64,000 bases of DNA from a virus (Duplodnaviria; Caudoviricetes). Position numbers and translations under genes: made by a program. Of this stretch, positions 39,636-49,158 are shown one piece after another; position 1 is the stretch's first letter, and each line of letters starts with the position of its first letter. Under the pieces are notes generated by a model. The model ran no database searches. It was not told where the DNA came from and saw only the letters and a program-made list of their open reading frames with translations. The stretch is taken from the IMG/VR virus record IMGVR_UViG_3300014641_000001, positions 60,266 to 124,265 of that record; one strand, written 5' to 3'.

Positions 39636-41693
39636 TTAAAATTTAATTTTTAACACTCTTTCGGTTGCGCCCTTAACCTTTACTACTAAGTCTGACCTCT
39701 TTGTCATGCTAAACCCAATTCCGGAAAGCTGGTCTTCAGTATCTTCTACGTGACACTTCGCTCCAAGTGCTTCAAATACCCTCTTGTGTTCTGTTAATTC
39801 ATTCTTTAAAAATTCGTTGTAATATCCATTAGGCTCCTCTCCATTTTTACAATCCTTCAACATAAAGAATAAATGCCTGTGACCAATCCCGTCCTGTTCA
39901 TCAAAATAATTTGGACTATAACAAACAACAGAAACTGGAACGAACTGATTTGTACTAATCCCCCAAACTTCTTTCGAAGATACGGCGGAACTTCCAGAAA
40001 TCTTCTCCTTAATGGAAAAATTGCCATTGGTATCCAGTGTGACTTCTGCAACCACTACTCTTTCATCAGATCGCATTGATTTGTTATATTCGAATGTGTA
40101 AATTTCTCCGTCAAACTCAACTTCCGCTTTAAATCCTTTCCTTACACTTCCTGAATATTGATGAACAAAGAATCGATATACTCCATGCTGCATCTTTGTT
40201 TTATCTGTCCATGTAATATTCTCTACAGCAACGCTTCCGTCTGGGTGAACAATATCTACATCTAACTGTCCGGTTAATTTTGAAATACCTGGTTTTCTAC
40301 AGTTACCAAAAAAGATTTCGTTACCACTTGGTTCATTACAATGAGCATCTAAGTCACAATTATCCTTTCCGTCTTCATTCCATTGGATAGAAAATCTAAG
40401 TACCCCATCCACGTTTCCACCGGCAGCCTTTACGTTTTGTTTCATGTCGCTATCTGTAATATTACCGACATAAGCCCAGCTTAAATTGTTATTCCATTTA
40501 AACATTGATTTAGAGTCTTTATTACACGGAGCAATCATGGACACAAAGTTTTTATCATGTTTATTTTCTACAAATGCTTCAATTTCTTTAGCAGTTGGCA
40601 AAACCTTATCAATAAAATCTTTAGCAGAAACCTCTTCTACTTTTGAAAATTTCTTCGGACTAACAGACACTTCTTTTTCCATATCTCCAAAAATGTCGTT
40701 TCCTCCATTAATCCTTTTAGCAGAATCCTTGTTTGAAAACAAAATATTGTTTACCGTGATATCATCTAAATTTGCAAATCTTCTTTGTAATGAATCCATA
40801 TATCCAAGTTCCGCAATTGTCTTCTTAGCATCTTCAAGCATTTTCTTTGTATAAATCGCTTTTGGTCGCTTGTAATTAGATGGAGCAACGATCTGTTCAT
40901 ATTTCTTTACTGCAAGATCCAAATCCATTCCTTCACTAATGTTGGTAAGTAAAGTTCCAATACTGTGATTTCTGATGCGTCCGATTGATACTCCTGCTTT
41001 TACTGACTGTACCCATGCATAATTGCCTCTATCTGATTCTGTATTTAGCTTTGCGTATTCTTTCTTATATCTTAAGAACTCTTTCAAAACACCTTCCCAC
41101 TCTTCTCCCTTATATAAAGAATTCTGTGAAATAAGTTCAAGCACCGTCAAGATACCATCTTCTGTAATTTCGTCAAGAGATCTTTTAAATACGTTTCTGG
41201 TATCTCGGTATGCTCCTTTAATGTCTCCCTCTGATTTATTACTTCTGTCAACAAATTTGCTATCTAATTCAAGGTAAAAATGTTCCCATGTCTTAACCTT
41301 ACCGTTTTCCATCTGTTCATGATTTTTATCTGTTCCAATACTCTTCATTTTACTTACATATACATCGCTCACGGCTTTTGATTTTACATAAGCAGCTAAC
41401 GCATTTAATACAGGCTGATATGTAGTATCGTTAGTATTAAAATCCCAAATTGTGCTCACTTTGTTATCTTTAATAATTACTGCGTTTCCAATTGTTCTAA
41501 TGAAGCTCTTACAACATGAGCAATCATACGCTCTTCTTTCTCTGTAAACTTCGTTGGTACCAGTGGGGAAACTATCTAAGTATAGATTCCATAATTCATC
41601 TTTGTCTAAATCTACCTCAAATAAGTGAGTAGCATTTTTTGACATCTCCTTAAAGTTTTCCTGTAATAACCTCTTAAATTCATTAAATTCCAT
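39636..41693 (-). CDS. Large conserved phage protein with YfaP/DUF2135-like domain
   Basis: N-terminal YDCSCCK; LRFSIQWN...DLDAH..EP.G..I.F...LDVD...AVENI.W. Confidence 0.75.
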   Translation of the reverse strand: MEFNEFKRLLQENFKEMSKNATHLFEVDLDKDELWNLYLDSFPTGTNEVYRERRAYDCSCCKSFIRTIGNAVIIKDNKVSTIWDFNTNDTTYQPVLNALAAYVKSKAVSDVYVSKMKSIGTDKNHEQMENGKVKTWEHFYLELDSKFVDRSNKSEGDIKGAYRDTRNVFKRSLDEITEDGILTVLELISQNSLYKGEEWEGVLKEFLRYKKEYAKLNTESDRGNYAWVQSVKAGVSIGRIRNHSIGTLLTNISEGMDLDLAVKKYEQIVAPSNYKRPKAIYTKKMLEDAKKTIAELGYMDSLQRRFANLDDITVNNILFSNKDSAKRINGGNDIFGDMEKEVSVSPKKFSKVEEVSAKDFIDKVLPTAKEIEAFVENKHDKNFVSMIAPCNKDSKSMFKWNNNLSWAYVGNITDSDMKQNVKAAGGNVDGVLRFSIQWNEDGKDNCDLDAHCNEPSGNEIFFGNCRKPGISKLTGQLDVDIVHPDGSVAVENITWTDKTKMQHGVYRFFVHQYSGSVRKGFKAEVEFDGEIYTFEYNKSMRSDERVVVAEVTLDTNGNFSIKEKISGSSAVSSKEVWGISTNQFVPVSVVCYSPNYFDEQDGIGHRHLFFMLKDCKNGEEPNGYYNEFLKNELTEHKRVFEALGAKCHVEDTEDQLSGIGFSMTKRSDLVVKVKGATERVLKIKF

Positions 41694-41711
41694 TTCCTTT
41701 TCTCCTTTTCT

Positions 41712-41759
41712 TCACTATATATTGTGTTTTATATTTTATACAACTACTATATGTAGCTA
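41712..41759. promoter_or_regulatory. Tandem NrdR-box pair (putative)
   Basis: TCACTATATATTGTGT (41712) and CTACTATATGTAGCTA (41744), starts 32 bp apart, just upstream of the 685-aa gene. Confidence 0.65.
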
Positions 41760-41783
41760 TTAACTACCGATGAAATTCCGTTT

Positions 41784-42017
41784 TTACCTAGCAGCCTTCA
41801 AAAGGATATCTCTAAAACTCAGATCATTGTTATTTGTTCTTTTCCCATTAATCCTTACATGACATTTTGTACATTTCTCATACCTGTTGTGTTGCCCATT
41901 TTCGAAATGAGTTCCAGTGATCATAGTGTGTCCACATCTATCGCAATTCTTCATGAATACCCTCCTTTGATATTGCTCGGTAAATTGACAGTATTTTACC
42001 GACATGCTATAATTCAA
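41784..42017 (-). CDS. Small Zn-ribbon protein
   Basis: CDRCG...CTKC; likely start is MKNC. Confidence 0.55.
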   Translation of the reverse strand: MNYSMSVKYCQFTEQYQRRVFMKNCDRCGHTMITGTHFENGQHNRYEKCTKCHVRINGKRTNNNDLSFRDILLKAAR

Positions 42018-42151
42018 TCGTGGCTAATGCCACTTCTACTTCACTTTTCCTCTCTGTGGGATCTTGCTCATTCGAGCATGTGTAGTAGGTCTGTAAATTG
42101 GGACGAATCGAGGTACTGCCAATACTGTTTGAGACTCGTCCCTTTTAAATG

Positions 42152-42946
42152 CTATGAAAGACATTTCTTTATGTTGCATTTACTTTTAAGTAACAATTTT
42201 ACATGTGTACTGTCATGCAAATGAATTCCAAAATCCTCCTTTACTTTATTAGCTGTGAATGGAAGAACGTAATCCTCAAAATATATAATTTCATATTTAT
42301 CCGTTGGAATTTTACTTAGCAATTTTTCCAACGTAATCGGGAAATAATTTTCTCTCACTTCTCGTTCCCAATTTGTGACATACCGATATTTCATTAGAAA
42401 ATGCACTAAATTTCTATTCTCTCTTATACTTCCCCATATACTTTCGTAGTCTGATACTTGATTTGCATTTGCTTTTTGTATTACCTTTACCCAATCATTC
42501 ACATCCGCCTTACGAATTACAGAAGAGTTAACACAAAAGTCTCGGATTGCGATGTATTGGAAGCCCGAATTAAATACACTATTCCAAAATTCACTAATGG
42601 CATACGGCATAGAGTATGAATAAACTTCGTGAATCACGCTAGACAAATTTAGGAGTGATTTATTAGCATTTATAATACTTAAAGCTTCATCAAAATCACT
42701 AGTAAACAATCCACTCGTTTTATCTTTACCTTTTGCTAATTTAATCATTTCTTGACTAATGTCATATCCTATAAGACTTACGCCTGGTAGCCCTTTTGAC
42801 ATATGCTCAATTAATGTTCCGTCTGCGCAGCCAAAATCAACCAACTCTGTAATGTCATCAATCTTGTCCATAAAGAACAACTTGTCCTGAAACGATTTTC
42901 CCATTCCTTCTATGTAAATGTCATAATTTTTTATAGATTCACCCAT
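42152..42946 (-). CDS. Class I SAM-dependent methyltransferase
   Basis: LVDFGCADG, IGYDIS..M, LSSVIHEVYSY. Confidence 0.85.
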   Translation of the reverse strand: MGESIKNYDIYIEGMGKSFQDKLFFMDKIDDITELVDFGCADGTLIEHMSKGLPGVSLIGYDISQEMIKLAKGKDKTSGLFTSDFDEALSIINANKSLLNLSSVIHEVYSYSMPYAISEFWNSVFNSGFQYIAIRDFCVNSSVIRKADVNDWVKVIQKANANQVSDYESIWGSIRENRNLVHFLMKYRYVTNWEREVRENYFPITLEKLLSKIPTDKYEIIYFEDYVLPFTANKVKEDFGIHLHDSTHVKLLLKSKCNIKKCLS

Positions 42947-42947
42947 A

Positions 42948-45110
42948 TCACACCGCCCTCTTTTTTAGCAGCTGAGCCAAGCCATCTAAATCATCTCTCA
43001 TATGAAAATAATTCTCTTTTTGATTCACTTTGTATGTATTATTTTTCTTTGCAAACTCCACAAACCAGCTCTGCGCGATATTGTCACATTCTTGATCACA
43101 AGCATACCCTACAATACCAATCAGTGAAGAGAGGTTGTCCAGGTTAATTAACTTGGAGTCATTGTCTATATCCAATGTCCACTCATCAAGCATAGATAAA
43201 TAAAACTCCACATCTTCCTCTGTCTTTTCTGATCCAATGTTTTCCCGCACAAACTTCAAAGACCGAATAGCCGCCTTACGAATATCATCATTTGTCTTTA
43301 CACAACATGCCTTTACAAAGTCTGATTTCGAAAAGTTGTCCACATAATCGGTAGAAATGGTCATAATCTCATTCTCTATTTCTTTTACTTTTTCAATATG
43401 TAAATAATCATTCATTAACCGCTCTAAATGATTAATCTTGCTAACAACTACGGCTTTATCTTTAGTTGATTTACCGTTTAAATCATCGAATGATACACCG
43501 TCAATCATTTTACTATGTAACGACCGAGAAAACTCAGCCATAAATTCAACGAACTTCTTGTCATCCAATCCTGTATCCGCAAATCTTGCAAATAAGCCAA
43601 AGTAAATAAATGAATCCTTAGAATCAAACATATTGAATACCTCTTCTGTTCCAACATTTGTGATTCTTCCAACCATATCCTCAAAATTGTCAAAGCATTC
43701 TGTGGTGGCATTTTCTTTCATGTACTTGCACATATCTTCTTGCTTCTTATTCCAGTCATCTAAGAAATTAGCGGCCATTACAGATTCAACAACTACACGA
43801 TTCACAGTACCATTGTTTCCTTCAGATACTTTATATCCACCAAGATCCTTGAAAAATGGCATACCAGATATACTCTTAACCATTGAAGCAAACTCCTCGC
43901 CTAACCTTGTTATACCCTTCTGAGAAGCTGTCATTGGCTTTCCTTCATTATATCTAGCGATATGATAAGCGATGTCCTCACTTGAACAGTTTAAATATTG
44001 TACGATTTCAAAGTTATACTCGTTAAACTTGTCCTGCAATTCCTCTGGTAAATCTGTGAACTTTTTACCACGTATATCAAATTCTCTTCTTTCGCTGATT
44101 GGGAATCTTTTATCGTCAAGTTTTGGGCTTCCATCTTCGTTTTTAATTTGTGCCTGATACTCGATATTCCATCTTCTAATATTTTTGGAAATCTTATATC
44201 CACCCTTAACGAATGAATGTGCATTTGTGCAGCGTTGCTTTCCATCTAAGTCCCAAATAATTGCAAGTCCATTCATTATCTGCTCTGCAAATACAAGAGC
44301 GGGAATTGGATTTCCCTGTAAAATGTCAGAAATCAGATTTCCCTTCATGGCAGGACTCCATTGCTCTGATTCCCTCTGAAGCGGATGATCAAACCTAATA
44401 GTATAATTATCAATCTTTTTAATAATGGACGCGATACTAAGCCTATCAGGTTTGCTCTTTTCCAATGTTTGTGTAAATATTTCTTGCCCCATTTTACCCT
44501 CCTCAATTATTGAACATTTTACAGTCTCATCCCTAAATAAAATTTGCGTATTTCGGAAAGACCTAATTTGTTTACAATGGTCTTCATACTGACCCTCTCC
44601 TAAGTTTAATTTCTCTTTAATTTCAGAAATTGGAACATCATTCATCTTCATTTCAACGATTTGCCGTTGCATTGCTGATAGGCTACTAAGATACTTTTCT
44701 ATCTTTTCGTCATGTAAAAGACCAGTTTCGTCCATTAACTCCTTATCGATATCAAAGTCAGACGCTAACAAATCACCAAGAGTTGCACCTTCCTCTTCAC
44801 CAATAGGAGCGTCGAGTGATGTAGATAGCCTGTCCGCTTTACGTTTTTCTCTGTTAAGTCCAGTCATTTCAGTTTTGAATTTTCTGGTGAGACACCCTTT
44901 TAGATACACGTCAAACTGAACCCCTTTTGATTCATCAAAGACCTCTGTTGCCTTCCATAATTCTTCGTTGGCCTTACTGTAAAAATCATCATGATCCTTT
45001 TCTGAAATTCCGCCAAACTTTATGAATAATGGATATGAAATTTTCCTGAGTTTGGCCATGTTATTAGAAGCATAATCTTCCAATAACTGCTGTTTTTGCA
45101 TTGAATCCAT
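42948..45110 (-). CDS. Sigma-70-like N-terminal domain fused to a DUF262/ParB-like domain
   Basis: N-terminus: DDFYS.A...LWKA...FD..KG..F..YL, SLDAPIG, LS..QRQI HTH. Middle: LQR...W...K.NLISDILQG.PIP...DGKQRC. Confidence 0.8.
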   Translation of the reverse strand: MDSMQKQQLLEDYASNNMAKLRKISYPLFIKFGGISEKDHDDFYSKANEELWKATEVFDESKGVQFDVYLKGCLTRKFKTEMTGLNREKRKADRLSTSLDAPIGEEEGATLGDLLASDFDIDKELMDETGLLHDEKIEKYLSSLSAMQRQIVEMKMNDVPISEIKEKLNLGEGQYEDHCKQIRSFRNTQILFRDETVKCSIIEEGKMGQEIFTQTLEKSKPDRLSIASIIKKIDNYTIRFDHPLQRESEQWSPAMKGNLISDILQGNPIPALVFAEQIMNGLAIIWDLDGKQRCTNAHSFVKGGYKISKNIRRWNIEYQAQIKNEDGSPKLDDKRFPISERREFDIRGKKFTDLPEELQDKFNEYNFEIVQYLNCSSEDIAYHIARYNEGKPMTASQKGITRLGEEFASMVKSISGMPFFKDLGGYKVSEGNNGTVNRVVVESVMAANFLDDWNKKQEDMCKYMKENATTECFDNFEDMVGRITNVGTEEVFNMFDSKDSFIYFGLFARFADTGLDDKKFVEFMAEFSRSLHSKMIDGVSFDDLNGKSTKDKAVVVSKINHLERLMNDYLHIEKVKEIENEIMTISTDYVDNFSKSDFVKACCVKTNDDIRKAAIRSLKFVRENIGSEKTEEDVEFYLSMLDEWTLDIDNDSKLINLDNLSSLIGIVGYACDQECDNIAQSWFVEFAKKNNTYKVNQKENYFHMRDDLDGLAQLLKKRAV

Positions 45111-45285
45111 TTTGCCACCGCCTTTTATACTAATGAGTCAACAGTGTTAAACAACCGATATGCAACTTGAACACACCCCAAGATAATCAAAATACCCTGT
45201 GCTACCCTACACCAATCGGTTACAATATTTAATTCTTCTTTTATTTATGGGAACATATAGCAGATACGCTGATACATGAAATTAC

Positions 45286-45450
45286 TTGACTAATAAAAAG
45301 AAATTATGTAAAATACAATCAAGCATAGTAATCTGCTATGTTTCATAAATCTTGCCGTTTCTGGCCTTGATTTATGTTATGTGTAGAATCACAGTCTGTT
45401 TGTGGAGGTGCGCCAACACCGATGAAGCTAAACGGACTGTGATTTTTTAT
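45286..45450 (+). ncRNA. Candidate antisense sRNA (promoter plus terminator)
   Basis: TTGACT-17-TAAAAT at 45286-45314; stem AATCACAGTCTGTTT/AAACGGACTGTGATT followed by a T-run. Confidence 0.45.
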
Positions 45451-45477
45451 TTAATCATAACACCGTGACTAGTTATG

Positions 45478-45528
45478 ATTATAATTCGAACGTATGTTCT
45501 TTGTCAAGACCTTTCGAATATATGTTCG
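45478..45528 (-). promoter_or_regulatory. SigA promoter overlapped by two LexA (SOS) boxes
   Basis: Minus-strand TTGACA-18-TATAAT; CGAACGTATGTTCT (45487) and CGAATATATGTTCG (45515) match the Firmicute GAAC-N4-GTTC box. Confidence 0.8.
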
Positions 45529-45540
45529 ATTATTGTCGAT

Positions 45541-45822
45541 TTATTCCTTTAATAATATAGTACTTAATTTACCTCGTGGAATTATATTTCTTATATCTGG
45601 CTGTTTTTCTGTAAATACTCTCAATTGATTTACAAAATCATCATATACTCTTGCAATCGTTTCAGCTTCCATAATAATGTTTTCGCATTCATGCTTGCTT
45701 TTCTTTACAAACGCAGAGATTTCTTCGCATTCCAGGTCTTGAACTGCAACTAGAACAGTTTTTAACTTATTTCCACGATTACATTTAAGTGCTTCCTCAA
45801 TAGTCATTTCAACATATTGCAT
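45541..45822 (-). CDS. Hypothetical protein coupled to mazF
   Basis: ATG immediately after the mazF stop, with SD. Confidence 0.65.
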   Translation of the reverse strand: MQYVEMTIEEALKCNRGNKLKTVLVAVQDLECEEISAFVKKSKHECENIIMEAETIARVYDDFVNQLRVFTEKQPDIRNIIPRGKLSTILLKE

Positions 45823-45823
45823 A

Positions 45824-46186
45824 TTAAGCCACCTCTCCGAAATTTGCGTCATATACACGCTTAATTTCTCTTTTCTCTTTTTCATCAGAAATACATCCAA
45901 GATATTTAATAATTCTCTTTTCTGATATTTGTCTCATACACTCTCCCAGTACCATTGAATCCTCAACCAGCCCTTTATCGTTTCCTCTCTCAATAAGAGT
46001 ATGCGTTGGCTGATTGAGATTTTTAATTTGACTTGTTAATGGCATTACAATAGTCGTGCTACTATATAGATTTCCGATGTCGTTTTGTATTATTAACGCA
46101 GGTCTGACGCCGCCCTGCTCTGAGTCAATTACGTTCGCTCCGAAATCCACAAGTACAATATCGAATCTTTTTAATCCTTGCTTCAT
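45824..46186 (-). CDS. PemK/MazF-family endoribonuclease
   Basis: RFDIVLVDFG...SEQGGVRPALIIQNDIGN..S.TTIVMPLTS. Confidence 0.92.
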   Translation of the reverse strand: MKQGLKRFDIVLVDFGANVIDSEQGGVRPALIIQNDIGNLYSSTTIVMPLTSQIKNLNQPTHTLIERGNDKGLVEDSMVLGECMRQISEKRIIKYLGCISDEKEKREIKRVYDANFGEVA

Positions 46187-46346
46187 TTACAACGCATCCT
46201 CCCTTCTTCAACACTTTTTGCCAATCTCTTTATACTCAACATTATATACTACGCTTTATATAAAGTCAAGTATATATAGTAAATATATTTTATATTTATA
46301 TTTCTTTCTATATATGCTATACTATATATAAAGTGAGGTGTATATA

Positions 46347-46613
46347 ATGCGATTAAATATCAAAGACAAGCTAGCCGAAAAGGGAATTACCAGGTATGAA
46401 CTTGCCAAACGCATCGGTGTCTCATATCCAACAATTACTGCTATTTTCAATGGAGACTCCACAAGCATTAAATTAGAGATATTAGAGGCATTGTGCAAAG
46501 AGTTAGAATGTACCCCAAATGACTTAATCGTTTCTGATGATCCCACAGTCAGTCGGTTACTCTTATATGTAGATAAGATACAACAAGATGCAAAGAAAGA
46601 CGATAGAAATTAA
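46347..46613 (+). CDS. XRE-family HTH regulator
   Basis: ITRYELAKRIGVSYPTI...LEALCKELECTPNDL; divergent from mazF. Confidence 0.9.
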   Translation: MRLNIKDKLAEKGITRYELAKRIGVSYPTITAIFNGDSTSIKLEILEALCKELECTPNDLIVSDDPTVSRLLLYVDKIQQDAKKDDRN

Positions 46614-46628
46614 ATCTATCGTCTTTCT
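46594..46628. terminator. Probable bidirectional intrinsic terminator
   Basis: Perfect 14-bp inverted repeat AGAAAGACGATAGA/TCTATCGTCTTTCT between convergent genes. Confidence 0.75.
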
Positions 46629-46650
46629 CTTCAATTGATGAAACAGTTCT

Positions 46651-47340
46651 TTAATCGAGTCTTTTAGTTTTTATACTTGCCAACATCTTAAATACTTCTG
46701 ATGGATCGTTCAGCAATATACCACCGCCCACTCTATTTGAATTAAATTCAGACGAAAAGTAATTTATGTAATCATTTTCTTTCTCATATAAATTACTTGT
46801 GGGATATGCATAGATTCTAGAAGTATCTAATGCTCTAAAACTATCAATTGACAATACTGAACTATCTACTGCGCCAATTGGGAACATCAGTCTGTCAAAA
46901 GGTTTTATTTTACTCCAATGTTGCTGAATACGTTTTTTTATATCCAGACTTGTACCAATATAGATTTGACAGTATTCATCAAGGATCATCATATAATAGC
47001 CAGGAATTTTATCAAAGAAAGTTAAATCCTCGACATTCTGGAATTGCCTGTGTTTTTCTAAAAAGCCACCTATCTCTTTATCGAATACATCATGATCTAA
47101 TGATTCAAATAATTTCATATTTAAGTCAAAGTTTACAAGGCATTTTTCTCTATGTGCCGTACACCACTCATCAGTATAACATCTACCTTCCTCATCTTCG
47201 TAGCAGCCTTCTAGCCCCATTAATCTACTTTTAAAGGAACTAATTTTGCTTATTTCGGCATATTTACTTCTTTCCAGTTTAAAGCCATACTTGCTCTGTT
47301 GTACGATAACACCAAAGTGTTTTATGGTATTCTTGCTCAT
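46651..47340 (-). CDS. GIY-YIG nuclease family protein
   Basis: GYYMM...QIYIGTS.DIKKRIQQHW...E...N. Confidence 0.75.
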   Translation of the reverse strand: MSKNTIKHFGVIVQQSKYGFKLERSKYAEISKISSFKSRLMGLEGCYEDEEGRCYTDEWCTAHREKCLVNFDLNMKLFESLDHDVFDKEIGGFLEKHRQFQNVEDLTFFDKIPGYYMMILDEYCQIYIGTSLDIKKRIQQHWSKIKPFDRLMFPIGAVDSSVLSIDSFRALDTSRIYAYPTSNLYEKENDYINYFSSEFNSNRVGGGILLNDPSEVFKMLASIKTKRLD

Positions 47341-47367
47341 TCTCGACTCCCCATTAAAATTTAACTT

Positions 47368-47802
47368 TTAGTCGGTTAGTAAAATAATTAAATTTTTAAT
47401 AATTCTGGCAGAGTATTCTTCATATAACGTATTTGCGTACACGTTATTAATCCTTTCTTCTGAATTCAATTCAAGTTCAAACCAATCTTCTCTGTTTGAA
47501 AAGTCTTTAATCCATTTTACTTTTCTACCATACCCCATATCATTACCATTGCTAAAAGTAAATGATTTAATACCCTGACCTACAACAAACCCAATGGCTT
47601 TTATAAATATCTTTCCAGATTCACCCTTCTTCCCCATATTAAATGACTTTAAATAAACGACATCTCCAATTTTCACCCGTCTTAACATTTCATACAAAGC
47701 ACTCGCATCTTCTTTTTCATAGCCTATACAAAAACACTCTTCTTCGAGAAAATCTTTTGTAACATCAACATCATAATACGCCCCTGCTCCGAAAACAGCC
47801 AT
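47368..47802 (-). CDS. Hypothetical protein, possibly PUA/EVE-like
   Basis: F....CIGY...VKIGDVVYLK...AIG.V...RKVKW. Confidence 0.6.
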   Translation of the reverse strand: MAVFGAGAYYDVDVTKDFLEEECFCIGYEKEDASALYEMLRRVKIGDVVYLKSFNMGKKGESGKIFIKAIGFVVGQGIKSFTFSNGNDMGYGRKVKWIKDFSNREDWFELELNSEERINNVYANTLYEEYSARIIKNLIILLTD

Positions 47803-47873
47803 AGTGAATTACCTCCTTTGAGATCAATCTTTCTTTTGTGGACCACCACAATTCTTTCCTCCATTCTACCACA

Positions 47874-48677
47874 TTACTTATCGTATATAAACGACATTCT
47901 CTGTTTTCCAGCTTCAATATTTTTCTTTTCTAAACAAGCGTATCTTTCTGTAATTCTTAAATCACTATGACCAAGCTGACTTGATACTTCCAATAATGCC
48001 TGGCTTTTATCTGGTGCATTTGCGATATATTGGTGTGCCATTGTTTTTCTAAGTCCATGAGTCCCTATCTTCTGCTTAAGGCCGGCTTCCCTTCGCCCGT
48101 CCTCCATTATTTTCCACCACTCCTTAGAACCAAGATATTCGCTCTTTTGACTTTTAAAGATATAATCATTAAGTTTTTGATCTGTATCATAGTTATTCAA
48201 CCAGGAGAGCCATTCAGACAATGCTATTTCAAAATCATTGTTCCAGGATAATTCAATATGTTTTGTTTTGATGATAATCCCATCTTCGTCTCTCTTAATT
48301 GTTTTTTCAGGCACATAATCAGCCGATGCCTTATATTCCCAATTCTTATCGAAAATGTCAGACCATTTAAGGGAACAAAAATCTCCACCTCGTAGCCCCA
48401 CATTAATAGCACAAACAAACATTGTAAGGTTCCTCCTTGCTATTTTCTCCTTTGACAAAGAGGAAGCATTTTCAATTCTGTCTTGGAATATCTTATATAT
48501 TGCAATGATATCATCACGTTCATATAAGCATTCCATTTTTGTAGACTCTCTTGTACCAACTTTTTGCTTAGAGCCGTAGCGCAAATCTGGTGTTCCATCA
48601 GTCTTCAAATGAGGATACTGGATCACATCTGCACTCTTATTTTCCATTATACAACGACTTTCCTGCATAGCTGACAT
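47874..48677 (-). CDS. Tyrosine recombinase/integrase (compact)
   Basis: Full catalytic set: GLRGGD (R), PEKT (K), HGLRKT (HxxR), LGHS (H), TERY (Y). Confidence 0.93.
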   Translation of the reverse strand: MSAMQESRCIMENKSADVIQYPHLKTDGTPDLRYGSKQKVGTRESTKMECLYERDDIIAIYKIFQDRIENASSLSKEKIARRNLTMFVCAINVGLRGGDFCSLKWSDIFDKNWEYKASADYVPEKTIKRDEDGIIIKTKHIELSWNNDFEIALSEWLSWLNNYDTDQKLNDYIFKSQKSEYLGSKEWWKIMEDGRREAGLKQKIGTHGLRKTMAHQYIANAPDKSQALLEVSSQLGHSDLRITERYACLEKKNIEAGKQRMSFIYDK

Positions 48678-48785
48678 ATTGACTACCTCCTTATATTCAT
48701 TGCCTTATAAGCACTATAAAAGGCACTGGATTATTATTCTCCAATGCCCTATGTACTCCCCATAAACTCATTTAAAAACCTAGTT

Positions 48786-49133
48786 TTATTCGTATAATAT
48801 TGATCCCAACTCGTCAACAATTTGTTCGTAAACCAGATATGCTCCATCTGAATCATAAGTGTCTTTTGATTTCTGTTCATATTGCTTTAGTAATTCTTCT
48901 ATCTGCTGACGATACCACTCAGGATTGTTTCTGTTTACCCCTGATTTTATAAGAGTTTTATCGCACAATATTTTTTCGTACTTGTTTTTATTTATTCTAT
49001 TTAGGGATTTTAAAACAGCGTTTGCTTCAACCTCATTAAATACCTTTGCAGAAGATATATCCCCATTAAAAACCGGAGTGCTGCCGATCCAGTTCACAAA
49101 ACACCTCTCATTGCTATCTTTAATTATGTACAT
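48786..49133 (-). CDS. Hypothetical protein
   Basis: ORF; start adjusted; stop lies in a palindrome. Confidence 0.65.
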   Translation of the reverse strand: MYIIKDSNERCFVNWIGSTPVFNGDISSAKVFNEVEANAVLKSLNRINKNKYEKILCDKTLIKSGVNRNNPEWYRQQIEELLKQYEQKSKDTYDSDGAYLVYEQIVDELGSILYE

Positions 49134-49158
49134 ATTATGCCCCTTCTCCATATGAACC

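Larger units (their letters stand above)
31968..41787. repeat. Middle array of the 18-bp junction palindrome (about 12 copies)
   Basis: Copies start at 31968 (N7), 33336, 33941, 34446, 34717, 34952, 36207, 36758, 37197, 38100, 39107 and 41770. Example: 34446 ATGAAA-GTCGCA-TTTCAT. Confidence 0.9.

Noticed and set aside
47874-48677. Prophage integrase marking an att boundary
   Set aside because: Phage-type genes continue on both sides, with no host genes or att-like duplication visible.
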